Positions 29,312 to 39,100 of a DNA stretch of 64,000 bases are shown here, one piece after another; positions within the stretch are counted from its first letter, which is position 1; each line of letters starts with the position of its first letter. A model generated the notes under the pieces. The model was not told where the DNA came from. It saw nothing but the letters and a program-made list of their open reading frames with translations, and searched no databases. A program made the translations under genes and the position numbers. The stretch is from Candidatus Dormiibacterota bacterium (GTDB taxonomy: Bacteria; Chloroflexota; Dormibacteria; Aeolococcales; Aeolococcaceae): NCBI GenBank assembly GCA_003162415.1, contig PMOL01000004.1, positions 266,474-330,473 of the forward strand, in the 5' to 3' direction.

Positions 29312-29889
29312 GATCCCGACCTCGAGAGGCGTTCGGCCGGGAGCGGCACGCCGAGACGCCGGCGCAGCGCCGTCAATGCGCGGAAGGTGAGCAGCTTCAC
29401 CGCGCCTTCGCTCCGCCCCATGATCTCGGCGATCTCCCGGTTGCGGAGGTCACCGCCGAAGCGCAGCAGGATCGCCTGGCGCTGGTCGTGGGGTAGACCC
29501 GCGACCGCGGCGCGCACCTCGTCGGCGCGATCGTTCTCCTCGGCGTGGAGGGCGGGATCGGCGCCGGCGTCGGGCAGCATGCGCGGCTCGAGCTCGATCC
29601 AGCCGGGGCGGCGACGCTCCCTCGACACCAGGTTGCCGGCGACGCGGTAGAGCCAGGCCGAGTACGGAACCCCGCGCCACTCGAAGCGTGGGAGTTCCTC
29701 CATAGCCTTGGCAAAGGTTGCTGCGGTCACGTCGTCGGCCTGCTCCATGTCGTGCGTGAGTGTGTAGACGTAGGCGTGGATCTGGTCGACGTAGCGCTCG
29801 TAGAGCGGCGCGAAGGCTGCTCGGTCACGCTGCGCGGCCAGGATCTCCAGCCGCTCCTTCTCGAGCTCCGCAGCCGTGCGATGAGCCAT
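29308..29889 (-). CDS. ECF (sigma-70 family) RNA polymerase sigma factor
   Basis: Region 2 ADDVTAATFAKAMEEL...SAWLYRVAGNLV and region 4 LPHDQRQAILLRFGGDLRNREIAEIMGRSEGAVKLLTFRAL. Confidence 0.85.
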   Translation of the reverse strand: MAHRTAAELEKERLEILAAQRDRAAFAPLYERYVDQIHAYVYTLTHDMEQADDVTAATFAKAMEELPRFEWRGVPYSAWLYRVAGNLVSRERRRPGWIELEPRMLPDAGADPALHAEENDRADEVRAAVAGLPHDQRQAILLRFGGDLRNREIAEIMGRSEGAVKLLTFRALTALRRRLGVPLPAERLSRSGS

Positions 29890-29949
29890 CGCTAGCGCTG
29901 CCCGGCCCGCGAAGGACGCAACTCGCAGAAGGGTGTTGGTGCCATCGCG

Positions 29950-31182
29950 TTACGCCGGACGGCGTCCTCCGATCAGTCCAAGCCGGGTGCCGACCTCTTC
30001 GAACGCGAGCAGCGCGCGGTCGAGTTGCTCGTGCGTATGGGTCGCGCAGACGATCGTGCGCACCCGTGCCCTTCCCCGCGCAACCGTGGGAAACCCGATG
30101 CCCTGGGCGAAAATCCCGCGCTCCAGGAGCATGTCCGAGAGCTGCATCGCGACCGGCGCCTCACCGCACATCACGGGCGTGATCGGCGTCTCGCTGTCGC
30201 CGATGTCGAAGCCGAGCTCGCGCAGGCCGCTCTTGAAATGGCGCGTGTTACTCCAGAGCTGCTCCATCAGCTGCGGCTCCTGCTCGAGCACGTCGATGGC
30301 CGCGATGCACGCGGCCACCACAGCGGGCGGATGCGAGGAAGAGAACAGAAATGGGCGCGACTTGTGGATCAGATGATCGCGGACGATCTGTGTCGAGGCG
30401 ACATACCCGCCGACCACGCCGATCGCCTTGCTCAGGGTGCCGATGTTGAGCGCGACCCTGCCGTGCAGGCCGAAATGGTCGGTGGTGCCGCGGCCGTTGC
30501 TGCCGAGCACGCCGGTCGCGTGGGCGTCGTCGACCATTACCGCCGCGTTGTAGTGCTCGGCGCGCTCCACCAGCTGCGGCAGCGGCGCGATGTCACCGTC
30601 CATGCTGAAGACCCCGTCGGTGACCAGCAGGATGCGCCGGTAGCCCTTGCCATGTGCCTCGCTGAGCGCGCGTTCTGCGTCGTCGGGATCGGCGTGCTCG
30701 TACAGGATTCGGTCCGCCTTGGTCAAGCGGATGCCGTCGATGATGCTGGCGTGGTTGAGCTTGTCGCTGACCACGCAGTCGCCCTGGTCGAGCATCGATC
30801 CGATGACACCGACATTCACGGCGTAGCCACTCTGGAAGGTGAGCGACGCCTCGGTGCGCTTGAATGCCGCCAGGCGGCGCTCCAACTCTTCGTGCAGCCT
30901 CTGCGTCCCCGCGATGGTGCGGACCGCACCGGTGCCGGCGCCCCATTCAAGCGCTGCTCGGGACGCGGCCTCGACGAGGCGCGGGTGCGTATTGAGGCCC
31001 AGATAGTTGTTGCTGGACAGGCTGATCACCGCCTTGCCGGCGATGTCGACCTCCGGGCCCTGGGCCGACTCGAGGACGCGCAAGGGACGGAACAATCCGT
31101 CGCGCCGCAGCGCTTCCAGGTCCTCGTTCAGCGACGCGTCGAGTGCCTGGACAGCCTTGGACGTGCCTGCGCTCGTCACCAT
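29950..31182 (-). CDS. kbl: glycine C-acetyltransferase (2-amino-3-ketobutyrate CoA ligase)
   Basis: alpha-oxoamine synthase family: SNNYLGL, DDAHATGVLG, PLP-lysine GTLSKA. Directly downstream of tdh. Confidence 0.85.
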   Translation of the reverse strand: MVTSAGTSKAVQALDASLNEDLEALRRDGLFRPLRVLESAQGPEVDIAGKAVISLSSNNYLGLNTHPRLVEAASRAALEWGAGTGAVRTIAGTQRLHEELERRLAAFKRTEASLTFQSGYAVNVGVIGSMLDQGDCVVSDKLNHASIIDGIRLTKADRILYEHADPDDAERALSEAHGKGYRRILLVTDGVFSMDGDIAPLPQLVERAEHYNAAVMVDDAHATGVLGSNGRGTTDHFGLHGRVALNIGTLSKAIGVVGGYVASTQIVRDHLIHKSRPFLFSSSHPPAVVAACIAAIDVLEQEPQLMEQLWSNTRHFKSGLRELGFDIGDSETPITPVMCGEAPVAMQLSDMLLERGIFAQGIGFPTVARGRARVRTIVCATHTHEQLDRALLAFEEVGTRLGLIGGRRPA

Positions 31183-31204
31183 GCGATCAACGATACCCCG
31201 CGCG

Positions 31205-32275
31205 CTACTCGGGGGTGAGCGTGACCTTGCCGCACTGACCGGACTTCATCAGCTCGATCGCGCCGTCGATCTCGTGCATCGCGAAGCGGTGCGTGATCAG
31301 CGTACGCACGTCGATCACACCGTCCCGAACGTAGGCGGTAACCTGCTCCCAGGTTGCCGGGATGCGCCGGCCGGCGATGCCGTAGAGGCTCAGACCCTTC
31401 ATGACCACGTCGCTGGAGAGGTCGACCACGTCCGGTCCGTCGCCGATGCCGAGCAGGCTGATCCAGCCGCCAGGACGCACGAGGCGCGTCGCCGAGGCGA
31501 CAGCAACCGGCGATCCGCTCATCTCGAGCACGCAGTCGATCGCGCCGCCCGCGGCCCGACGCACCGCGTCGTCGACGGCGTCGTCGGTCGCCCGGACGAT
31601 GGCGTGCGCGCCCATGCGCTCCGCCAGGTCGAGCCGGTATGCGTTGCGGTCGACCCCGACCACCCGGGCTGCCCCCTGGACACGCGCCACCGCGATGGCC
31701 GCGCAGCCGATCGGACCGCAGCCGAATACCACCACGGTGCGTCCACCGAGCTCGCCGTAGGAGCAGGCGTGGACCGCGTTGCCGAAGGGCTCCATGGCGG
31801 CGGCGACGTCGGGGGAAACGGCCTCGCCGACCGGCCAGACGTTGGCCGCGGGCACCACGAGGTGGGTGGCGAAGGCCCCGTCGACGTCGACGCCGAGAAT
31901 GCGCGTGTTCTCGCAGACGTGGAAGTCGCCGCGACGGCACTCGTCGCAGTGGCCGCAGACGATGTGCGACTCGACGGCGACGCGGGTGCCGATCGGCGGG
32001 CCCTGGACGCCGTCACCCCAGGCGACGACCTCTCCGCACACCTCGTGACCGACCACGCGTGGCGGGTGCACACGCGCCGCGGCCCACGGATTCCAGTCGT
32101 AGAGATGCACGTCGGTACCACACACCGACGTGGCGGCGACGCGGAGAAGGATCTGGCCGGCGGCGGGTGTTGGCATCGGGACGTCGCCGATCACGAACCC
32201 AGGCGCAGGCGTCGGCTTGAGAACTGCGAGCACTGCGGCGTGATTATGCCCGGCGGTCCCACTCGTCAACCGCAC
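31205..32275 (-). CDS. tdh: L-threonine 3-dehydrogenase
   Basis: ATSVCGTDVHLYDWNPWAA, GHEVCGEVV, CGHCDECRRGDFHVC, VFGCGPIG. Start set to GTG 32275; the longer ORF (to 32377) has an unlikely N-terminus. Confidence 0.85.
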   Translation of the reverse strand: MRLTSGTAGHNHAAVLAVLKPTPAPGFVIGDVPMPTPAAGQILLRVAATSVCGTDVHLYDWNPWAAARVHPPRVVGHEVCGEVVAWGDGVQGPPIGTRVAVESHIVCGHCDECRRGDFHVCENTRILGVDVDGAFATHLVVPAANVWPVGEAVSPDVAAAMEPFGNAVHACSYGELGGRTVVVFGCGPIGCAAIAVARVQGAARVVGVDRNAYRLDLAERMGAHAIVRATDDAVDDAVRRAAGGAIDCVLEMSGSPVAVASATRLVRPGGWISLLGIGDGPDVVDLSSDVVMKGLSLYGIAGRRIPATWEQVTAYVRDGVIDVRTLITHRFAMHEIDGAIELMKSGQCGKVTLTPE

Positions 32276-32363
32276 CGTCTGCGTGGTGTCCGTTGAGCCC
32301 GGAGAGACTGCGGCGCATCGCGGCACTCGCCTGCCGCTCAGCGACAGGTGCGGGAGGACACAC

Positions 32364-32843
32364 ATGCTCGATGGCATCGACCGGCCGGTTCCAGGGCCGC
32401 GCCCTCGCCGGATTCCGGTGGAGGACCTCAGTGTCTACGAGGGGCAGGGCGGTCACACGCTGCGCCGGCACGTCGACACACGGCCGGGCGACGAGATGCG
32501 ACGGATCCTTCGTGAGGGCGTTGCCGCAGCCGGCCGCTTCGTGAGCCGAGCCACCGCGCAGCGGTGCGTCGACATCGCGGTGACGCGCCGCAGCGCGGAC
32601 ATCACCGCCTGGCTCGGCGGCAGGGACAAGGGCGCGCCCTTCAGCTTCGTCGAGGACATGGGCGAGTTGGTCGGTCACGTGCTCACCTACGCCGAGGTGA
32701 GCCGGGGCGTCGTGGTTCCCACGCAGGTGACCTCCGTTCGACTGGTCCTGCGCCGCAACGACGAGCTGCCTGGCGGATTCACGCTCGTCACCGCCTATCC
32801 GACCCGATCCCCGCACCGGAACAAGAGACATCAGGAGCGATGA
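32364..32843 (+). CDS. stand-alone RNase A-like toxin domain protein (bacterial CdiA-CT RNase A family)
   Basis: ATG 32364 preceded by GGGAGGA. 159 aa with EGQGGHTLRRHVDTRPGDEMRRIL...AGRF...ATAQRCV...ITAWL... and C-terminal VRLVLRRNDELPGGFTLVTAYPT. This matches my recollection of the GGHT-x-RHV ... T-x-YP signature of this toxin family. Confidence 0.65.
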   Translation: MLDGIDRPVPGPRPRRIPVEDLSVYEGQGGHTLRRHVDTRPGDEMRRILREGVAAAGRFVSRATAQRCVDIAVTRRSADITAWLGGRDKGAPFSFVEDMGELVGHVLTYAEVSRGVVVPTQVTSVRLVLRRNDELPGGFTLVTAYPTRSPHRNKRHQER

Positions 32844-33187
32844 CAATGAACGGCACCATCGATATCGAGATCGCGATCGACAACGCCGCAACCGAGTATC
32901 CAGCCCTGGCCCAGCTGCTGGCCGGCTATTACCACCAGGACTGGCAAGAGGATCACGCCACGCCTGATGCAGCCCTGCATGCGTTCGCGAGCGACGCGTC
33001 GCCGGACACGGTCGCATCCGCTGCGGCCGACATTGACCGCCTCACCGGCATGGGATTCGACGACGCCGGGCTGGCACGCGTCCTCGCCGACGGCTTCGAC
33101 TGCAACTACGTCCCGGTCGCGAACGGCCTCACCGCCGCCGGCTGGCTGCTCCACCTCCGCGACCTGCTCCGCCCCTCAGGATCCTGA
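32840..33187 (+). CDS. CdiI-like immunity protein (contact-dependent growth inhibition immunity family)
   Basis: ATG 32840 overlaps the toxin stop (ATGA), with CAGGAG upstream. 115-aa acidic protein with YPALAQLLAGYYHQDWQEDHATPDAAL, the YFHQDW-type signature of this immunity family. Confidence 0.6.
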   Translation: MTMNGTIDIEIAIDNAATEYPALAQLLAGYYHQDWQEDHATPDAALHAFASDASPDTVASAAADIDRLTGMGFDDAGLARVLADGFDCNYVPVANGLTAAGWLLHLRDLLRPSGS

Positions 33188-33196
33188 TCGGGGCCC

Positions 33197-34198
33197 TCAC
33201 CGTGCCCGCGGCGACGCGGCAACCCGCTGGAACAGCGCAACGAAGTGGAGAAGCGCCGTGGGCACGAGTGTTGGGAGCGCGAGGATCAGCGCGATGACAT
33301 CGGTCGGGCCGCCGAAGAGCCGGACCCAGTACAGGATGAAGAGCACGATGCCGATGAGCAGGGTGTTGCGCCGGCCCCAGAGGGTGTGCACCAGCTCCGG
33401 GCGCCGTCCGCTGAGCAGGACGATCGGCGTCAGCAGGACCGGTCCGGAGTAGCGGACGACGATCAGCAAGGTCAGCCACAGGGGCACGATCCCGAGTGCC
33501 CACGATCCGATCGCGCCGACGACAAAGTAGATGGCGTCGCCGAAGGGGTCCATCGCCTTGCCGAGCACCGTGACGGGTCCATAACGGCGGGCGATGAACC
33601 CGTCGACCGCGTCGAGGAGGCCGACGGACCCGCCGATCGACCCCCAGAGGGCCAGACCGAGGCGCCCCGGCAGCGAGAGCGTGCCGATGAACAGCACCGG
33701 AACGCAGAAATAGCCGCGGAGCGCGGTGAGCCCGTTCGGAATCCCGTAGCGATCGACGGGATTCCCGTCGGGCGTTCGGAGCAGGGCCGCGCCGCCGATC
33801 ACTCCGATGGTCACCACCACCCACCAGATGGCGGTGGCCGCGACTGCGAGTGTGATCGTGCCGTGGCCGTGCACCAGCGCCACATCGGCGGTCACGGCCT
33901 CACCGAGAACCAGCCCGACGACGGTCCAGAACAGCAGCGAGTGCCGCAGGCGCGCGCTGCCGCGGAGGCGCGCCAGCGCCGTCCGGTAGAGGCCGGCTAG
34001 ACCACCCAGCCCCGCACTCCGGACGGGTGAGGAGACGCCGGGATCAGACCGCGAGGCACGTGATCGTCTTGACCACGCCGTCCGCGGACTGGATCCGATC
34101 GAGGATGAGACGCCCGATCCCCGGGACGTCGCTTGCCTCGACCTGGGCGATGACGTCGTATTCGCCGGTGATCGCGTCGACCGAGACGATGCCGTCAT
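33197..34198 (-). CDS. CDP-alcohol phosphatidyltransferase family protein (start uncertain)
   Basis: Catalytic motif DAVDGFIARRYGPVTVLGKAMDPFGDAIY (DGxxAR...G...D...D). The only canonical start upstream of the coding-looking region is ATG 34198, which overlaps the asnC-like gene by 155 nt. The next canonical start is GTG 33895. Confidence 0.7.
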   Translation of the reverse strand: MTASSRSTRSPANTTSSPRSRQATSRGSGVSSSIGSSPRTAWSRRSRASRSDPGVSSPVRSAGLGGLAGLYRTALARLRGSARLRHSLLFWTVVGLVLGEAVTADVALVHGHGTITLAVAATAIWWVVVTIGVIGGAALLRTPDGNPVDRYGIPNGLTALRGYFCVPVLFIGTLSLPGRLGLALWGSIGGSVGLLDAVDGFIARRYGPVTVLGKAMDPFGDAIYFVVGAIGSWALGIVPLWLTLLIVVRYSGPVLLTPIVLLSGRRPELVHTLWGRRNTLLIGIVLFILYWVRLFGGPTDVIALILALPTLVPTALLHFVALFQRVAASPRAR

Positions 34199-34271
34199 TG
34201 CCTCTCAGGGCATCAGCCACGTGTTGCGCCCTGCCTGCGCTCGCTGTCACGAGCACGTACGCACGAATCAT
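34044..34271 (-). CDS. stand-alone Lrp/AsnC-type ligand-binding (RAM) domain protein, 75 aa
   Basis: MIRAYVLVTASAGRAQHVADALRGNDGIVSVDAITGEYDVIAQVEASDVPGIGRLILDRIQSADGVVKTITCLAV, the typical beta-alpha-beta-beta-alpha-beta RAM pattern. Confidence 0.7.
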   Translation of the reverse strand: MIRAYVLVTASAGRAQHVADALRGNDGIVSVDAITGEYDVIAQVEASDVPGIGRLILDRIQSADGVVKTITCLAV

Positions 34272-34318
34272 CTCGCTGCTCCCACGGTTCAAACGCCCGG
34301 CGACTGTAGCATGGGGAG

Positions 34319-34729
34319 ATGCCGTGGGCCATCGTCATCCGGCTCCTCGCCCGGCTTGCGGCGAGCCTGTTTTTCTGGCGCATTGCGACCAACCGAAGGC
34401 GCGCATTTGCCGGTGGTCAGCCGGTGCCCGGCGCCACCCCAAAAGCTCGCCTCGACGCGCAGGCAGCGGTCATCGCAGTCAGGAATTCCATCCTGTTCAC
34501 CTGGCGCGCCTTGCTGACCGTCGTGTTCCTGACCGCCACCACGTTGCTCCTGGTCGCGGGCCTGACCATCGTGGTCCTGACGCCGCGCTGGCTCGGTGCA
34601 ATCCTCCTCGCCGGTGCGCTCGGGACGGGATGGGCCACCTGGTTCGAGGGCCGCGTCCTCGTCGTCGCGGTGCGGATGCGAAACCGCCGGCGCCGCGACG
34701 AGCGTCTGAGGAAGACGGCTACCTCCTAA
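34319..34729 (+). CDS. hypothetical membrane protein
   Basis: 136 aa, three hydrophobic segments, Arg-rich C-terminus. No family recognised. Confidence 0.4.
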   Translation: MPWAIVIRLLARLAASLFFWRIATNRRRAFAGGQPVPGATPKARLDAQAAVIAVRNSILFTWRALLTVVFLTATTLLLVAGLTIVVLTPRWLGAILLAGALGTGWATWFEGRVLVVAVRMRNRRRRDERLRKTATS

Positions 34730-34761
34730 CGTACACCCTGCGACGCGGAGCGGGAGGGGGT

Positions 34762-36129
34762 TCAGCTGAGGTAAGGAGCGACGCCTTCTGCCTGCTCGGC
34801 GGCGTCCATCATCAGCTCACTTACCGTCGGGTGGGCATGGATGATCGAGCCGAGATCGTCCATCGAGAGTCCGTCGCTGATTGCGACGCCGACCTCGTGG
34901 ATGATCTCGACGGCGTGGACGCCCATAACGGTCGCACCCACCAGACGGTCGGTGGCCGCGTCGGCATAGAGCTGAGCGAGGCCGTCGGGCTCTCCCTCGC
35001 CGAGCGCCTTGCCGTTGCCGAGGTAGCGCGCTTGGCCGAGCTTCAGCTCGATACCGGCGGCCTTCGCGGCTTCCGGGTTCAAGCCAACCATGGCAATTTC
35101 GGGGTGCGTGTAGATGCACGATGGTACGACCGTGCGGTCCATCGGCATGACGTCGTGACCGAGGGCGTTCTCGGCGGCGCGCCCGCCCTCCGCGCTGCCC
35201 AGGTGAGCCAGTTGCAGGCCGCCGATGCAGTCGCCTGCGGCCCAGATCTTCGGGTTGGCGGTGCGTAGGAATTCGTCAACCTCGATGTGATCCCGGTCGT
35301 TGATGGCGACGCCGGCATCCTCGAGTCCGATCCCGCGCGTCTGTGAACGACGCCCGACCGAGACCAGCAGCAGATCAGCATCGATGGCCGTCGCATCGTC
35401 GAGGTGAGCCTGCACCGTGTCCGCGCCGTAGTCGACCGATGCGACGCGACGTCCGGGGAGGAAGGTGATCCCCTGCTTTTCGACGATGCGACGCCACTGC
35501 TGGACGATGCGGGCGTCCACGCCGGCCAGAACCTGGGGGAGCAGTTCGACGACGGTGATGCGCGATCCGAGCGCGGCGAACAGGCTCGCGAACTCGCAGC
35601 CGACGACGCCGCCGCCGATCACCAGCATGTGATCCGGGATGCGCTCCAGACGGAGGATCCCGTCGGAGGTCACGACCCGCGGATGTTCCATGTCGATGCC
35701 CGGGAGCCCGGACGCCTCCGTGCCGACACACACGATGAGGTGATCGAACTCATGGCGTTCGCCGTGGGTCACGACCGCGTCGCCTTCGACAACGCCCTGG
35801 GCTCGAACGACCTTCACCCCCTTGCGCTTGCACGCCGCCTCGACGCCCTTGCGCATGGAGAGGACGACCTCTTCCTTGCGCTCCATCATGCGCGGGAAGT
35901 CGACCTCGGGCTCGGGGACGCGAATGCCGAAGGACGCGGCGGCGCGGATCTTGCGCAACAGATCAGCGCCGGCGAGCAGTGACTTGGTGGGGACGCATCC
36001 CCAGTTCAGGCAGGTGCCCCCCAGCTCGGCGCGTTCGATGATGGTCACCTCGGCACCGAGCTGTGCGGCGCGAAGCGCGGCGACATCGCCGGCGGGACCA
36101 CCGCCGAGCACCACGACGCGCTGGGTCAT
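34762..36129 (-). CDS. lpdA: dihydrolipoyl dehydrogenase (E3)
   Basis: [20 protein letters not shown], redox-active LGGTCLNWGCVPTK, second Rossmann IGGGVVGCEF, C-terminal HAHPTVSE. ATGA overlap with the upstream E2-E1 gene. Confidence 0.9.
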   Translation of the reverse strand: MTQRVVVLGGGPAGDVAALRAAQLGAEVTIIERAELGGTCLNWGCVPTKSLLAGADLLRKIRAAASFGIRVPEPEVDFPRMMERKEEVVLSMRKGVEAACKRKGVKVVRAQGVVEGDAVVTHGERHEFDHLIVCVGTEASGLPGIDMEHPRVVTSDGILRLERIPDHMLVIGGGVVGCEFASLFAALGSRITVVELLPQVLAGVDARIVQQWRRIVEKQGITFLPGRRVASVDYGADTVQAHLDDATAIDADLLLVSVGRRSQTRGIGLEDAGVAINDRDHIEVDEFLRTANPKIWAAGDCIGGLQLAHLGSAEGGRAAENALGHDVMPMDRTVVPSCIYTHPEIAMVGLNPEAAKAAGIELKLGQARYLGNGKALGEGEPDGLAQLYADAATDRLVGATVMGVHAVEIIHEVGVAISDGLSMDDLGSIIHAHPTVSELMMDAAEQAEGVAPYLS

Positions 36130-39100
36130 GCCGGGGTGTGCGTGGTTGCGGGAACCGCGGCGGCGGACTCGTCAGCGGACTGTTGGCGACCGCGCCGCGA
36201 CGTTGCGAATGCTTCGGTGACGATGCGTTCCTGCTCGAGCTGGTGCGAGCCCGCGTAGCCTTCCGACGGGCTGGCGCGGCGAGACCTGCCGATGTAATCC
36301 CACTGGAGGTTCGTGGGACGCGCCAGGCCGACCGCTCGCTCGAGGCTCCCCCACGCGCCCATGTTCTGCGGCTCCTCCTGCACCCAGTACAACCGCTCGA
36401 GCTTGGGATATGACGCAACCAGGTCGAGGATCGAGTCGATGGGCAGCGGATAGAGTTGCTCGACGCGGGCGATGGCGATGTCGGTCGCCTCCTCGCGTTG
36501 CGGGGCGAGGCTGAGCTCGTAGTACATGCGGCCCGAGCAGAGGAGCAGGGTGCGCACCTCCTCGCGACGTTCGGGTCCGGTCGGATCGTCGATGACCGGC
36601 TGGAATCTCCCCGAGCTGAGGTCGGCGAGCTTGGAGGTCGATTCCTTGAGGCGCAGCAGGCTCTTCGGCGTGAAGACGATGAGCGGACGCGGATCACCGA
36701 GGAGACCCTGGCTGCGTAGCAGATGGAAGTACTGCGCCGGTGTCGTGCAGTTGGCCAGGCGCATGTTGTCGTTGGCGCAGAGTTGCAGGAAGCGCTCGAT
36801 GCGTGCGCTGGAATGCTCCGGCCCGCTGCCCTCGTAGCCGTGGGGCAGGAGCATGGTCAGCCGTGAGTGCTGCCCCCACTTGGCGCGCGCAGAGGAGACG
36901 AACTGGTCGACGATCATCTCGGCGTTGTTGAAGAAGTCGCCGTACTGCGCCTCCCAGATGACCAATGTCTCAGGATCCGCCGCGCTGTAGCCGTACTCGA
37001 ACCCGAGACACCCGACCTCGCTGAGCGGACTGTTGAGCACTTCGAACGTTGCCTGCGCATCGGTGAGGTGCTGCATCGGGATGTACACCTCGCCGCTGAT
37101 CTCGTCGTGAAAAGCGAGGTGACGATGGCTGAAGGTGCCGCGCACCGTGTCCTGGCCGGTGAGCCGAATGGGGTGTCCCTGCGTGATCAGCGACGCGAAG
37201 GCGAGCGCTTCGGCCGTGCCCCAGTCGATCGCGCCCTCGAGCAGCGCGGACCTGCGCCGTTCCATCTGGCGGATGAGCTTGGTGTTTGGCGTGAAGTGCT
37301 TGGGAAAGGTGAGCAGCTGCTCGTTGAGACCAGCGAGCTGGCGGCCGGAAACCGCCGTGCGCAGCATCGGATCGTCCGGTTCTTCCACCACCTGCTCGTG
37401 AGTGAGGTCGTCGAGCTCCGCCGCCAGGTTTTCCTTGACGCGCTTGTGTGCGTCGGCGATGCGTGTGTACATCGCCTTGGCCTGTTCCTCGACCTGTTCC
37501 GGCCTGATCAACCCGTCCGCCACCAGTTGCGCAGCGAAGATCTCGCGGACGGTCGGGTGCTGGCGGATCTTCTTGTACATGAGCGGCTGCGTGTAGGCCG
37601 GCTCATCGGCCTCGTTGTGGCCGAACCGCCGGTAGCCGATCAGGTGCACCATGACGTCACGGCGATACGCACGGCGGTAGTCGTACGCGAACATGACCGC
37701 GGCCAGGCACGCCTCGACATCGTCGGCATTGACATGAACGATGGGGATGTCGAAACCCTTGGCAAGGTCCGACGCGTAGCGGGTCGACCGCCCCTCCTGC
37801 GGGTCCGTGGTGAAGCCGACCTGGTTGTCGGCGATGAAATGCACCGTCCCACCGGTCGTGTAGCCGGGAAGTGCTTGCAGGTTGAGCACCTCCTGGACGA
37901 TTCCCTGTCCGGCAAATGCGGCATCCCCGTGGATCAGCACCGGGAGCGCTGCCATCGGATCGAGGTGCAGCGTCGTCGCGCGACGCTGGGTCTGGGCCGC
38001 CCGGCACCATCCCTCGACCACGGGGTCGATCGCCTCCAGGTGGCTCGGGTTTGGCAGGAGGCGGACAAGGATCACCTTGCCGTTTTCGGTGTGATAGGTG
38101 CCGGTTGCGCCGACGTGGTACTTCACATCCCCGGTCGTATCGAACCGAACGATCTGCCGCCGCGCCGACGCGAGCTCGAAGGCGTTGAGGATCGACTCGT
38201 ACGAGCGGTTGGCGACGTGCGCCACCACTGCGAGCCGGCCGCGATGTGACATGCCCAGCACCGCCTCACCGATGCCGTCGTCCGCAACCATCGTCATCAG
38301 GGTCTCGAGCATCGGCACGAGTGCGTCGAGCCCTTCGATGGAGAACGTCTTCTGCCCGAGGAACGCGGCGCGCTGGTAGCGCTCCATCGCATCGACCTTG
38401 GTGAGCCGCTCGAGCAGCCGGAGCCGGTCCTCCACGGTGAGCGCGGGCCGGTACTTGCCTGCCTCGATGTGCTCGCGCAACCACACGCGCTGCTCGTGGC
38501 TCGAGATGTGCTCGATCTCGAACGCGATCGTGCTGCAGTACACGCGCCGGAGATTCGGCAGCACCTCGGCGAGGTTGTGACCCGGGACATAGACGCGCAG
38601 CAGGTCTGCGGGGATCCGCTCCATCAACTCCTCGGTCAAGCCGTACGTCGCCGGGTCCATCGCGGGGTCACCGATCGGCGGCGACCCCAGCGGATCCAGG
38701 TGCGCGCCGAGATGGCCATGGGTGCGATGCGCCTTGATGAGCGATGTCGCCGCCTGCATCGCCCCGAGCAGGACGCGATCCGGTGGTGCCTGGCCCACCG
38801 GCGGTGGTGCGGGCGAGGACGTCGCCGTGATGCGAGCCGGGGCTTGCTCCGTAGGAGGCATGATCAGGCCAAGGCTGGCGAAAACTCCGTCGTAGAAGCC
38901 ATCCGATCCGTCGAGCAGCGATTCGATTCGTCCGAGGAACTCTCCGGACTCCGCCCCCTGGATGACCCGGTGGTCGTAGGTGCTCGTCATGGTCATGACC
39001 TTGCCGACGCCGAGGTCACGGATGGTGGCTTCAGGAACGCCGTGCCACTCCGCGGGATAGCCGATGGCGCCGACCGCGACGATGGTTCCCTGACCGGCCA

